Assembly: GCF_030144855.1 (NCBI RefSeq)
Contig: NC_082731.1
Coordinates: forward strand, 21,142,001-21,206,000
Direction of reading: 5' to 3'
Source: Hypanus sabinus
Lineage: Eukaryota
DNA: 64,000 nucleotides
Part shown: piece by piece, positions 49,336-62,655 of the stretch
Layout: every line of letters starts with the position of its first letter
Position numbering within the stretch: position 1 is the stretch's first letter
Notes under the pieces: generated by a model
What the model saw: only the letters and a program-made list of their open reading frames with translations
Database searches by the model: none
Told to the model about the DNA's origin: nothing
Program-made: the position numbers and the translations under genes

Positions 49336-52300
49336 GGGGCGATCGGAGAAATGCAGAATGAAGTAGTTAAATACTTTGTGAGCTGACACTTAAAGCGCAG
49401 CGCCACTTAAAGGCGAAGGATTGAAGGGCAGCCGGAAATTCTCATGGAGATGACTGTCAACAAATATTGCTTGCTCATTGGGGCAGAGTGGGCGAGCAGA
49501 ATAAATGGGAGGGTGACGAAACTTTGGTGCAGTAAACGATGCAATGGCAGTCGTTAATCATCTCTGATATGGTTTTCTGGCAGAACGTGGGTCGCCAGAA
49601 TTGATCATAATAAACAATTTCTGTTTGATCAATTAAAAACAGAAACGAGGAAGGAGGAGCATGGCGCGTGATATTTTGACGTGTTCACATGCAGCCTATG
49701 AAAGCGGCTTTTATCTACAAAACTTCGCAATAAATTAGGCGAGGAGAAATTGTGATTGTTCGGGCCAGGCAGCTGAGTCGTGAAGGAGGCTTTGAGTTTC
49801 ATATAACATCTCCAGGAATTCCACCTGAAGGCAAGAAAGCTCAACTAATTCGCTTATAAGGACTGTTGATTCTTCGATAATCACAGAAGCTTCCATGCTT
49901 GCTCTATATTCTCAACGTTTTCAGAGCTTTATAGTAGTCATGTGAACTGAAAGTAAGGAATTTATGTCGCTAACTGCTGACAAACAACACATTCATCAAC
50001 TGCATTTGATGAAGTGTTTTTCTCTCCTTAACTTGGACTGAAAACTCCCGTTGATCAAGCTGTTCAACATCAAACTGATATAAAGGATCGATGGATATAA
50101 ATATATGTCAGGATATAAATCAATACTTTCTTTTGAAGAACGTTGAGATGAATCAGGGAATTCTCGCTTAATTTACATGCATTTGTCACGTACCTATTTT
50201 CTGAGAAAGAAACTCAGGAAGAAACAATTAAAGCCAGAACGAGATCTTGGTTCTTGTGATTGTTCAGCATGATATGATGTTGTACCATCCAAATGGAGGC
50301 ATTCCGCAGGTTTTGACTAAAGGCTCACAAGTACAAGAGATCAGAAAGGCAAGTCTGGCATTTTGGGAACAGTGGCATGTGAGGTATTGGTATTGGGCTG
50401 CTGAGGGTATCGCTCATCATCTGGAGAAATACAAGCGATTGTTAAATATGATAAAATGTTGTGGTACCGGAAGTATACAGAATCCCCATAAACAGAGACC
50501 TATCCTTTAATTTATTTCATCTCCGGGATTATCGTACCAGACAGCCGGGGTTTGCCGTATGGAGACTAAGAAACATCCAGCGTAATTCACTATTATTCGT
50601 TCTGCTGTTGACTTCAGGTGTTGAGTACGAATTATAGCTATTATTAGATCTGATAACGAGCACGCGGATTAAATTCAGGCAGTTCTGGAAAATGAAAATA
50701 AAGAATTTATAAAGGAAATCCTTGCGTCTATGCCATTTTCTGTTTTGACGAAGCATTCTATTGCAAGAACTCACAAAAGGAGGAAAGCATGGTTAATATT
50801 TGGATAAAGTTTAAGACAGTCGGTATTCCTTCATTTATTATTAACGATGACAAAGAAAAAGCAGGGAAAAAGTCTGTATCAGTAAATGACAGGGTCACAA
50901 ATCAAATTAGGTATCTCACAGTGAAGAGATTAATTTCCCTCCATTTAGAATGAATTATTTGATTTTCATCTAAATGCTCCAACCTCACATTTCTGACTCT
51001 GCTGTATCTATGTTTTTTCTTAATTTAAATTGAAATATCTATCTATCAGCTAGAACATTCCTTCAAGTTAATTCTCAGTAAACTGTTAAGGAAATCATGC
51101 GGCTTTGATCTACCATGAAGTCGTTTTTTTTTCTTCAAATGTCCAAAAGGAAGTGCGTCTGAATTATAAATTGTGCATTGTGTCCGACATTTTACGGCTT
51201 TTTTTTAAAAACTGAATGTCTACCTCATCGATTGAATACATAATACATTAACAAATAACTTACTTACTGAAAAAGTAACACAAATATATCAACGAATAAA
51301 AACACACACATACACAAATGGTGAGTACATAAATAAATAGAAAGATTTTTTAAAATAAATATATAAATAAGAGCACTGACGAACAGATAGATAGTTCTAT
51401 CGATAATGAGGTAAGAATAAATAAGCAAGCAAGTAAATTAAAAAAAAAACAAATAATTGCGTTCCAAAAAATTCAGCAGATACTGTGCCTCATGATGACA
51501 CAGCAAAAATGAATCAGCTACCGTGGGAGGATGAGAGCATTCAGGAACATCTGAAGGCGTTTCATAAATAAACAGTTACCTTCACTTCCAGTCAGGCGAG
51601 TTTTACTGCTTAGTTACTTGTACCTTCTGGAGCTTCGCACTCATTCCGAATAATATTGCATAATTGTTCTTTTGTGATCCATTACTGAAATTTTCAAAAT
51701 TATCTTTCAAATATCATTGTTTTCATTGCATCCCTCTGTTAAAATTATGAAATCGGTTCTCAGCATTCAAGACGTAGAGAAAAAAGGGATCTTAGATCAA
51801 AAAGGAAATTTGAAATTGAAAGCATGTCATAACATCATTCGTTTCCTGGTGTTAAGAAATTTATAACGCGAGGTCTGGAGTGTCGTAACTGTAACGCAGG
51901 AATTACGCAAATAAGATGCAATCCATTTCTGCTTCTGAACGCAGTAACCAACCTGCTGCTTCACCTGGACAATAATCAATTCAAATATGGGCAAGAAAAG
52001 GATCTGTAAACGGATATGTTGTTAGAGTGAATTTTGGTTTCCTTTTTTCACAGGACTGGAATTCACCGATAGATTCAGATTTGAAGGATCACCCGACATG
52101 CACTATAAACGGTTGCATGTGTTCTGCAAAAATACAAAGAACATGGACATTTGATATAATCTGTCTACCATCTATAACCGTTGGATAAATTCTTTTAAAA
52201 TACAAATTCATCCCGACTTCGTAACGAGCATATCATTTGCATGACATACCGATTGTTACTTAGTACTATTTTATAATAATTTTGTTTGTTTGTTTCTAAG

Positions 52301-52419
52301 ATTCCTTATTTATTTGTCATGCAGTGAGGGATTTGCTCTTTCTGTACTTCGATGCACGCATTCCGTCAATACTGATTAAATCCAAGACTAATTACGTTAT
52401 AATTTACAATAACATGTCA

Positions 52420-52550
52420 ACTTACCAAAGCCTATGGGATTTTAGGATGTTGGAGGAAACCAGGGCACCCAACATATCTCCCACGTGGTCTGGGGAGAAA
52501 GTACAATCTCTTTACAAGCAGTGGTGGGAACTGAATATGGGTCATAGGTA
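52420..52550 (+). mobile_element. V-SINE-like relic (paralogs at about 1-120 and 30530-30640)
   Basis: ttggaggaaaccagggcaccc...cccacgtggtctggggagaaagtacaatctc resembles the V-SINE core, from recall and not from a database search. Confidence 0.5.
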
Positions 52551-54139
52551 CAGTAGATTGTTGTGATAACGAAAATGCTACCGTAAAGCTGTTTGACCTC
52601 TCTCTCTATTTATGAATCTTGTGGCAACTGAATCTTTTCCAATATTGTCGCGGTCTCTCGTCGTCCATCATTCGCCACCTACATTGAAAGTTAGTAGTAG
52701 AATTCCTGGCCATCGCCTTCACAGTAGCTTCAGTAGCTTAGGGATATTTCTACCACTATAAGCTTCTTGTATGCGACAACGGACTGCAGGCTTGGTCATG
52801 GAGCTTCGGGAGCATGTCTCTCTTTCCAATCGTTCACACGTTCATTGCCATTTGATGCCCGCGGCAGAAATTTAGACATTGCACAAAATAAATCTGCTAT
52901 TGCAGCAGTATTCGTGGCGTGCTGCTAGAAGTTCGGACCTCTTTCTTTTGCATTTTTAATGTATAAATGGCAAATCGTACATACCAGCTTCAAAGAAACA
53001 ATTATACATTAAACGGATATGGCGTTAGCCAAGGCCGCAATGCAGTTAGCCAAGTGCGTATCTTGTTTATGCTTAATATTTTGATGCTGATTCATATTCT
53101 AGTGGATGGTTAAACACAACATGATCACAATATGAGGAATAAAATATATTTCATTTGCTTGTGGCTACGTGGCGCAGTTTCATTTCTTGTGGTTAAATAT
53201 CAATAAGAATTTTCTGACTTTACAAGCAAGATGGTCAATGAAAATAGTTCAAGGTCTACTTCAATTCAAGTAAACATTTGCTTTTACCGCTCATTTTCTG
53301 CACCAAACCTTGTACACAGAATGGACCTTCAACGAACTTATGTAGTAATTAGATCAAACCATTTATGTTATTGTAAATCTTGTATTAGTTGAAAACAAAG
53401 ACATAGATAAATATGAATTTAGATTGAAGACAAGGGAAGGAAGCTCTGTAACTTTTAGGAATAAAGCCGGAAATAGTTAATGTTGGTTCCAGATGTGTTG
53501 TGTTCTCAGGTCTCTTTACAAAATAGTCAGCATTTCAGCACCACTCTCTGTGCACTGACAAACATTCATCTGAGTGAATAGTTTGCTCATCTTAAGGAGC
53601 TGCTACATTTGATACAAGCCCATAAATCAGGCAGAAATCTGAAGCTCCTCTGAGTCCAAGGAAGTATTTACAAATCGGCGGGTCTTTGAATGTGAATACA
53701 ATTATTTAAATCCTCCCAAACTAGCTCTGTGGAACTAACGGATTCAGGTCTGCAGGTTGCTTCTTAATTACCCACATGGCCTCGTTTGCCCACTTTAATC
53801 AATTTTTTTTACGATATTTTCACTTGACTACTCAATGAATACAACTGACAGACTTAGTTGATAAACGTCGAGTAATTCCTGAGGAATTACTTTAATCACT
53901 TTAAGTATAGTATGAGCATATCCAGATTTTCCACCTATCGTGTCCTTTCATCTTAAAGCCCTGTCTATAGTCAGGGATATGGTGACTCTAACCTGGTAAC
54001 ATTCTGCCGATATTCATATCTGACTGCCTGGGTTCCTATCCAGCGATATCACATTACATTACACTTTTAATTTTCCAAGTAGTTACGGAAACTTGATTAC
54101 ATCAATTTCATTGTAATGGACTATTCATTTGTGGTGCCA

Positions 54140-55720
54140 GTTTTGATAGTTAAGATGATAAGTCTGTCATCTCTATTGAGCACATTGTCTCTCGGGATGG
54201 AGTAGGTTCAGCTCCATCCAGAATACTGGCGTTGATCAGTTAGCCAAGTTCCCGGGCTGTGAAGGTCCTGCGTTCATTCCGTGGGTTCTGCGTATACTAT
54301 CGGAGTTTCATGAAGGAATACTCTGAAGTGAGTTACCCTACAAGTCAACTTCTGTGCGTTACCCTTCCTCGGGGACAGAAGGAAGAATGAGTAACTGAGT
54401 GCACTATAAATATTATCTTAGTCCTTCGGAGCCATTTGGAGCGAGATTTATTGCGAAATGTGAAGAGTCATTTCTGTCGCTGAAGGAGCTACTGACGAAT
54501 GCGACTATACTGGCTTTTTCAGACCACAAATTGACGAATGTACTGTTTATAATGCTAGGAGACAAGGCTTAAGGGTTTTTCTACAGCAGAATCATGCACA
54601 CGGTTGTCACCTATCGCATTTGTTAGTCGGAGTCTATCATTCTCTGGGAGAAAAAAAAACAACACGATCTAAAGCACAAGAAGGAATTCTTGGTATTGAA
54701 AGGGGGTTTGTTGTTTAAGTTCAGTGACTAGCTCCATGGTGTCAAGTGTGCGGTGAAAGCGGACAGCAATCCCTTAAGTAATTCCTTTACCTCCGTGAAA
54801 TTGGAAGCCTCGGGTTGGCGGAGCAGCCTTTGTATGATTTCAGACTGAAGTATCGGTCGGGAGGTAGGAACATTGATGCCGATGCATTGTCCTGACTCCA
54901 TCTGATAAGCTGGGTAAGGACGGAGTGTTGTAGAGCATTGCTGCCATTGGAGCAAAAGCCGTGTGCAAGTTTTCCATCACGGCGAAGAGGCACTCGAGCG
55001 GTAGATGATTTGGGAGCTTCTGCTGGTTCCATTCCACAAGCTTACTGCAACCTGAGTGTAATGAAGAGAGACCAGATGCCAGAATTGAGTTCGTGGTAAG
55101 TGGCATCTTCTCACCCTGATGACACAGGCGTACCCACCGTTTGGTCAGCAATTATGAACTGAGACATGGCCAAATAGGACAGGACAAAATACTCAGTGGT
55201 GACACGAATACTGAGAGAATGGCCCAGATTTGGTTCGAGGAACTAAAGCCTATATCGAGTCACCACGCTTCCACACCGATATCAGGATCGGAGGATTATT
55301 TTGAGCTCGCTTCATGACGGTTCCGGCTACTTTGGGGTTGAGAAGATCTATCGATTATTCCGATATCGGTTCCACTGACGCTGGATGAACCCAAGGTTCG
55401 AAGAGTACAGCTATTCCTGAATTCGATGCATACGCAGGAAGACGATGTCTGCGATGCACATTCCGTTGTCCCACTTGAAGAAAGCTGGACCCCTTAACCT
55501 GCTGTGTATGTAGTTTCTGTCAGAATATCCAAATGGCAGCAATACCGCCAATGATTTGGTTAGTTCGGATCACTACCATGGTACAGAGGGCGGTCACTGT
55601 GATAAAATTCTTTGGGAAGTACTTTATTTATTATTGTCTCCGCCAGCGGATCAAGGACGTGATTTTGAGTGTAGACTGAAGCATTAGTTACAGAACATGG
55701 GTACACGCGTAAAAGCAGCA
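54140..55720 (+). mobile_element. Gypsy pol relic, third duplicated copy
   Basis: Same start (gagcacattgtctctcgggatgg) and collinear with 2130-3550 and 31880-33100. Confidence 0.75.
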
Positions 55721-57212
55721 AAGCAATGATCCCCCTCCTCAGTGTCTGCTGTGCAGAGTGAGAGGGGAGACATAATAAACAATTCGCTGATTTACGATAT
55801 TAAACGCCCTTTCCGTCGGTTGTTCCGAGCTCTGTGCCCAAAGATCTCTGTTTTCTTTGCACGCAACCAGTGAGCTTTCGACTCCTGCAATGCAGCGATT
55901 TCCTGCAGAAATACCAATCCCGACGCTGTCCGCCTCCAGAGGCATGAAATATCGAAGCGCCAAGGCGATCTACACATCGAATAACGGCCAGTCCAGGCAC
56001 ACCGACAGCGGTCTCATTCCCGCAAAGAACAGGAATCAGCGTATAAATAGCGGTGAGCGTCTACAAAAGCAAGCTCGAAGGGAAAAGTCCGTATTATAAG
56101 ATAGAAAGAGAGCTTTTGTGAACGGGCGAGCAAAGAAGTGGCCGCCAAGGTTCATTGTCTCCAATGCTCCGACTGCGCGTCAAGAGCAAATGCTTTAAAT
56201 ATTGCCAGTTGTACGATGTTTTGAATTGCTGATGCGGTCAATCAAAATATTTTGCCAACTTTATTATATTTTCATGGAAACGACGTAACAATTCTCGGTA
56301 AACACAATGGGTCGTGATTTGGAAATACTGCTGGTAGTAACTTTATAAAAAAAAAACCGGAAATTCCAACTACACCCAGCATTTATTGATATCGGGAACA
56401 ATCTGTCGTTGGCGTTTGAATGTGTAAGCCTCTCTGGTCTTAATGAAAATCAACGAGATGCAACTCAGCAATCTACCAGTGTGCTGACATTTTTGACTGA
56501 ATTCAAAAGCCACATGAAGCCTTCATCAGCGTTTTGAAATATGTTTCTTGCGACATGTGCGATTTTTGTGCCAGCATTTAGTCACTATCTCTGTCTAAAT
56601 AACACTTAAACTAATTCATGTATCCGTACTGATGATATTGGAAGCTTCAGACGCAAATGGGCAAATTTAGAGAAATTAGGTACAGAGAGACATCATTAAG
56701 GATTAAGTGGTTTTGATCACAGCTACACCTACTGAAGAATAAAAACATCTATTGTAAATGGCTAGTCGATAATTCCGTAGGAGGTAAGAAACACTGGACG
56801 GAGCTGCTGATTGATTTCAATAAATTATCGCGTCAACAGCATTTTGAAGTATAGTGTTGACTGGCACATTTCCGATACTTGTGCCAACGTTTAGTTCTTT
56901 TCTATATCCAAGGAACGCTTAAAAGGTTCTCCGTACTGATGATTGTGGCAGTTTCAGATGTGAAAGGTGAATATTCAAAGGAACTAAGGAACACATAGGA
57001 ATTACTTAAGATGAAGTGATTCTGATTACAGTTATAGCTATTGAAGAACAAAAACTTGCTTTGTAAATGCCAAGTGGATATTTCACTGGTGAGAGAAACA
57101 CACCATGGCATCATATGAAAGCATTGGACTAAGTCGTTCTGCTTCAGTTGGCATTTATGTTCGCCTTGATTTGTTCGCCCTCTATCGACCACTCGGGGAA
57201 ACGCTGAAAGTG

Positions 57213-57251
57213 AGTTTTTGTTTGAGATAATTCAAATATGTAAGCACCGTG
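57213..57251 (-). promoter_or_regulatory. RSS of V3 (CACGGTG, 23-bp spacer, ACAAAAACT)
   Basis: caccgtg at 57245-57251, agtttttgt at 57213-57221, spacer 57222-57244. Confidence 0.93.
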
Positions 57252-57734
57252 GGCTCATCGCGCAGAGATATGTGGCCGAGTCCGAGATGATGGTGTTGTT
57301 AATCGATAGTTCGGTATGCTTTTTATTTTTATCATAGGTAGCCGATAATCTTTCGGTTATATATTCATTTCGGTATACTTTCCCTGCGTTAATCCGAATC
57401 AAATACAGTGGTCTTTGTCTGTTGCGCTGCCTGTACCAGAAAACAGTCGGTAGTATATTGCTTGTTTGCAATGTACAGTTCAGAGTAACATCGCTTTCTT
57501 CATCGACCGTCATGGCATCGACTGACTGTTCCACGGAGTCTTGAAGGCTCCAGTCTATAAATAAAATAATCAGTAGATCATGAGCTCTACTTCGAATAAC
57601 ATACTTACCCACATAGAAATAACAGAATGCTTACAGAGAATTACAGAGATGTCTGGAATATTGCAGTGAAGTTATATCTTACCTAAAAGAAACACAATGC
57701 CGAGGACGGGCGTGAGACAGTTCTTCATAATCAT
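57252..57734 (-). CDS. TCR alpha/delta-type V segment V3 (leader exon 57683-57728/57734, intron 57555-57682, V exon 57252-57554), apparently functional
   Basis: Leader (MI)MKNCLTPVLGIVFLL + G|gtaag; acceptor tatttatAG. Open exon DWSLQDSVEQ...NCTLQ...FWYRQ...SDSATYLCAMS. Confidence 0.93.
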
Positions 57735-57807
57735 TCTGATTGCGTCTGTCATACTGCGACTACAGATTGGAGACTCATTGCCAGAGCAGAAATATACATA
57801 CCTTGGT

Positions 57808-57905
57808 CAAACAGACCAATCACAAAAGGCAACGCACGGTGTTAAATCTCCAAAGACACAATAGAATGTAGGCGTTCACACGCAGTGCAGGAAATGAAAT
57901 TTTGC
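57808..57905 (-). promoter_or_regulatory. Putative V3 proximal promoter (CCAAT 57816-57820, GGAAATGAAA 57890-57899)
   Basis: Same motifs and spacing as V1 and V2. Confidence 0.55.
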
Positions 57906-58699
57906 CGAGGCGAGCGCAGAAGTGCAGAACAAAGGAAGCAAATCATTTGCGAGCTGACGTTAATAGCGCAGCGCCACTCAAAGGTGAACGCATGCGGGGC
58001 AGAGGTCGAATATTTTTGAGGAAGACTGTCGACAAATTATGCCTGCTCATCGAGCAGAGTGTGCGAGCAGAATAAATGGTAGGGTACCGAAGCCCTGATG
58101 CAGCATAAGCTGCAATGACAGTCTTTACTTTTCCCTGACGTCGATTTCTGGCAGAACGTAGCGACTCCCAGAGCTGGGCTGAAAAGCAAAAATGAGCAAG
58201 TAGCGCGGCTCATGGCATTTTGAAGTATTCATATGCAGTTATTCCTTGAAAAATTTACCGATTAATTCGGCGGACAGAAGTTGTGATTGTTTTTGTATTG
58301 GCTGTTGAGACGTGAAGGAGGTCCTGAGTTTCGTGTAACATCACCAGAAATTAGAAGATATATTCCACCAGATGGCAGCAAATCTTAAGTAATGTTCTCT
58401 CTATGTGACTGCTCATTCTTCGATTTTCGCAAAATATTCCATGCCTGTTTGGTGTTCCCAACGTTTCTCTTTTTCTTTTTTTTAATTTTCATGTGAAATA
58501 AAAATAAACAGTTTATCTCTCTTAATGATGACAAACAAAGCTCTCGTATCTGATGAAGTGCCTTGTTTCTGAGAAAAAAACGCAAAGAAACACGCTGGTT
58601 TCTGTGGCTTCACGGGTTTAGGGAGGACAGTCACTGGCCTCGGTAAACTAGTGATATTGAGACTCTCTCTCACTCATTTGTGTGGATGTACTATAATTT

Positions 58700-61110
58700 G
58701 TTACCCTGTTAGAAAGTGGTAAAATCATTTAGCAGAAAGTACACTGCATACCGATAAAGGAATGGTATATATGAATCTCAAAAAAAAAACGAAGGGGTTT
58801 GCAAAGAACAGCTAAAAGAACACACAAAAAGAAAATGGCCCATCCTTATTGAACAATCAAAAGTGCACACGTTTGAGTTCATCTTGAACTTCTCAAAACT
58901 CGTCAGCTGGGCACTCTTTTGCGTGAACGCCCACACTACCTTCCGAATGCCGTTGGGAATCCATCTCGAACAAACAGGTCTACAATCGGATTTCATGCTA
59001 CGACTGGTATTCCCCAGCATCTTTTCTCTTCATCTCAAGCCGCAAACAAACTGTAATAAGCCCAATTTATTGTCCATCACAAAGAAAACCTCCCGCTCAC
59101 TGGATAGTGCACAATCCGCTTCATCCATTATCTTCAACAGGAACCCAAACAAGCTGCTCTTACAAAAATGCCAAAATGAACTACATACGGAATAATAGTA
59201 CTCATGTAAAGCAGGTCACTACACTCTCTCCCACCTCAAATAGGCATGTTCTCATTACTTGGAAATAATTTGTCATTCTGTTATTAATAACACATTTTCA
59301 GTCACAGGGGCAGGAACGTTCATCTACTCTTCCTCCCTGTCCAACGCTTCGTAAGCTGTTAGGACAAAGCTTGGGCATGAATGTCCCTACTTTCCGGACA
59401 GTACTTCAGTCTGAAATCATAGGCAGACAACGCCGTCAATCTCCTATGGCTTGTAGCAACCATTTTAGCCGAGTTCAAAATATTAGTTTGAGGAATTTTG
59501 TGAGTTCTCGCATCAAACTTCACACCATAGAGGCAGACGCTGAACATCCACCACGCCCCTTTTAATACCAGGAATTACAACTTTCTCTGGAGTGAAAGAC
59601 TCCGGCTTAAAATAGAATAGGTCTCAACACAATTACATGATCCAGATACAGGGCACCACATAAGATCTCTCTGCTGGCATCCGTATGCGGTACGTATTGC
59701 AATTGTTGATTTTTAAAATCCAGCACAAGCTCCTGCACGTTCATCCAAGGTGGACGCGAACACTATGAGACCATCGAGAAATACCAATACCTCGGGCAAG
59801 TCCATATCCCCCAAAGTTTTCTCCATGATGCGCTGCATATTGTCAGGGGTTTCGATATGCACAGCAGCATACTTTGGAATTGGAGGAACCCCAGTGGACA
59901 TAGAAATGCCGTCATCTGTGTCAGCCCAACTCATGGGGCTCTAATACTCACGTATCAAGTGCAGCACACTGAACCATCTCGCAGCACTCAGACAGGACAG
60001 CTTATCTTCGATCAGTACACTGGTCGGAGAAAGTACGCCTGTTCAGAGTCCGGGAGTCGACACAAATCCATACCTTCCGATACATCTTTCTGGCTACGCA
60101 TTGGGGCTTCAGGAGTCAGTGATAATCCTAGATTCCATCACCTTCCAGAAATCTACCGGTGACATACCAGCGATCTTTCACTGATCAGGATCTCCACTGT
60201 TACCAGGATGCTGTGGTCAGGGCTCTTGGAACAGCCCACAGCAAACTCGTCAGCAGAAAAGTCTTCTCAAGTTTCAAAAACTGCTATATGAAGTTCCTCG
60301 TCTAACCTCTAGTAACGGTGTTCTTCAAAGCTGAATGACTCGGCGGATAACATTCTGCTATTCAGTGAGAGTTTCACATGGACTATAGACATTACCGTCA
60401 CCGGGAAGAAACACGACATTGGCAACGACGCTTGAGGGTGACATGCCACTCCGATTTTTTCCTGATCCGCACTGCTATCATCTTCGCCAGTAAGGACTAG
60501 GGCTTTTGCAGTTCTGGCCTCAGCAGTGCCCATTCAGGCAAACCTGAAACATTTTTGTGCTCTTCTGGAGCATGCATGAAAAGGGAGTAACCAGATCTTC
60601 AGCACACTGAGTGTAATCAATAGTGAATGCTTCAAATGCTGGGAGTATAACGAACTGTAGAACAGAGAATCCTGACAGTCGGTGTTAAGCATTGCTCTAG
60701 CATAATTATCTTCAATTCGTAAGAATGACTGGAGCCTGGCACTACTAAGACTTCAGGAATAGATTTTTAGCTTTAGGATGAACCTTGATATGTTGTTTAA
60801 AATATTTTCTCCTCGATATGCCTGTCCATTCCCTATTGTGTTTCTGCGATTTGGTGATCGGGGGCTCACTCTCCGAGTGGTTTTCCATTGTTCACACACC
60901 CGCTTGAAGTGCTTCGCTTCACAGCAATTATAACAGACAATGCCCTTCTTGCCAGATCCCGGCCAATAGCTGCCCTCTGCGTAGTCCGTCCCATTAGGGA
61001 ATCTGCCTCTGCATCAGTTCTATCGTGCGATGCAGGCTGCGGGGGGCGGGGTGTGGTGGGTGTGTGTGTGTGAGGACGCACCCACTGATGTCCACCGGGA
61101 TATCTGAATT
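58700..61110 (-). mobile_element. Decayed Gypsy element between the two oppositely oriented V groups
   Basis: MEKTLGDMDLPEVLVFLDGLIVFASTLDE (RT); HRRLTALSAYDFRLKYCPES (RNase H region); LTR-like GC-rich stretch at 60840-61110. Limits are approximate. Confidence 0.72.
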
Positions 61111-62655
61111 CTAAAAACAGGTACGAACTCATCCCATATTCCAACTCCCCGGGTAGTATAACAATTTTCATCAGAACCAGGGGTCCACCTACTTTGTTTT
61201 CATTTTCCTCCTGTTGTCTGCAGTACAATATTGTTTAAGTTAGTTTTGCTGGAAAGTGTTACGCTGTCAAATTCATACACGCTGAGAGAATCTGCATATT
61301 TACTTTTGTATCCAACGTTAGTTTAAATGTCACACCGTGGAGGTAAATCAGTCGAATCGAATCCTTTGGCACGAATAGATGATTGGTTCACCGATGCAAA
61401 TCGACAAGGGGGAACCAAATGAATTATTTATTTTAAATTTTATTTAATTTCACAAAGTTTCGTTTTGGCAATAAAGAGCATGTCATCGCAAAATTAAATG
61501 ATGCTGTCTCAAATAAGCTGCTCTGAAAGTATAGCTAAACAGACCCTGTGAAACATCATTGCAAATGATATCGTGTTCGTTCGTTTGGAAGGTTAGGGGA
61601 TGATATGTTGGTTATATCTGTCGGACTTCTGGTGAACTTGAACTACTCTTGTTTGTAGCAGACAAAACACAAGAAATATAAATTACTGTTTTTGTCAGTG
61701 TTTTGCTGGATACAAAGATTGCAAATAGGAACATGTATTCTGCTTTTCGAGCTGAGCTTCAGAATCGCTCTAAGATTTGGCACGATTGCGGTGTGAACTG
61801 GTCTCGAACGGACAGGGCGGCGGCTGCGAATCGGCAGGGCCGAATCGGGGAGGTGGGCACAAAACCGAAAGAGTATAGAAGCGGCAGTGCTCTGGTTCGA
61901 CAGAGAAGAACGACTCGATGCTCTGACTTATGCTCCGTACCTGGTTAGTAAGATCAGGGCCTTGAGGCCGGATGTAAGGGTCGGCTCGGCGTTCAGTTCG
62001 ATTCTCAGCAAGGTTTCCTCGTCTCTGCAATGAATTGAGGCTGTGCCTTCAAACGAATGAGTTCGCGATTCGGCTGCAGTAATGGCAGCCAATTTGAATG
62101 GATTATACCGTGTTCCTCAGATTCGTTGTTGCTGTAAGTAAACGAATATGCAAGTTTGTCTGTAGAATGCATGTTTTGATAATAAATGTACTTTGACCTT
62201 TCTGATAAAGTGAAATGATGTTGGGAGGCGTTTGTGAAATACGAGGATGGAGGAAGAAAAGGAGAGAGCGACACGGATAAGGAGGGAGGAATGAAAATAA
62301 GCAAGCATCTTCAGCATTTCGTTTCCCAATGAGCCAAATTCTGTTTGAAGGATATCTCGGAGATAACATCTTCATTCATTTGTATAATAAATGATAAAAT
62401 TTCACATTGATGTAAGTACCGGGAGTGGGGGAGAGAGAAAGAAAGATAGGGATAACGGAACGGAAAGAGACCGAAAAATAAATATGACTTACACGGAAGG
62501 AAACTTATTCTGGTTAGTGCAGCAGTGCAAAGCCCTCATTTCTTTCACAGAGCGGAAATCAACGCACAGTTGATCACACTGAATGGATAGAGTGTTAATA
62601 ACATATTGAAGGCGAACTGCATGAAGAAATATATTTCAGCAGGGTAATTGACACA

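Noticed and set aside
57595-57640. Strong cryptic donors (GG|GTAAGT, GTAAGC) in the V3 intron
   Set aside because: Their use would include an in-frame TAA right after the leader and leave a very short intron.
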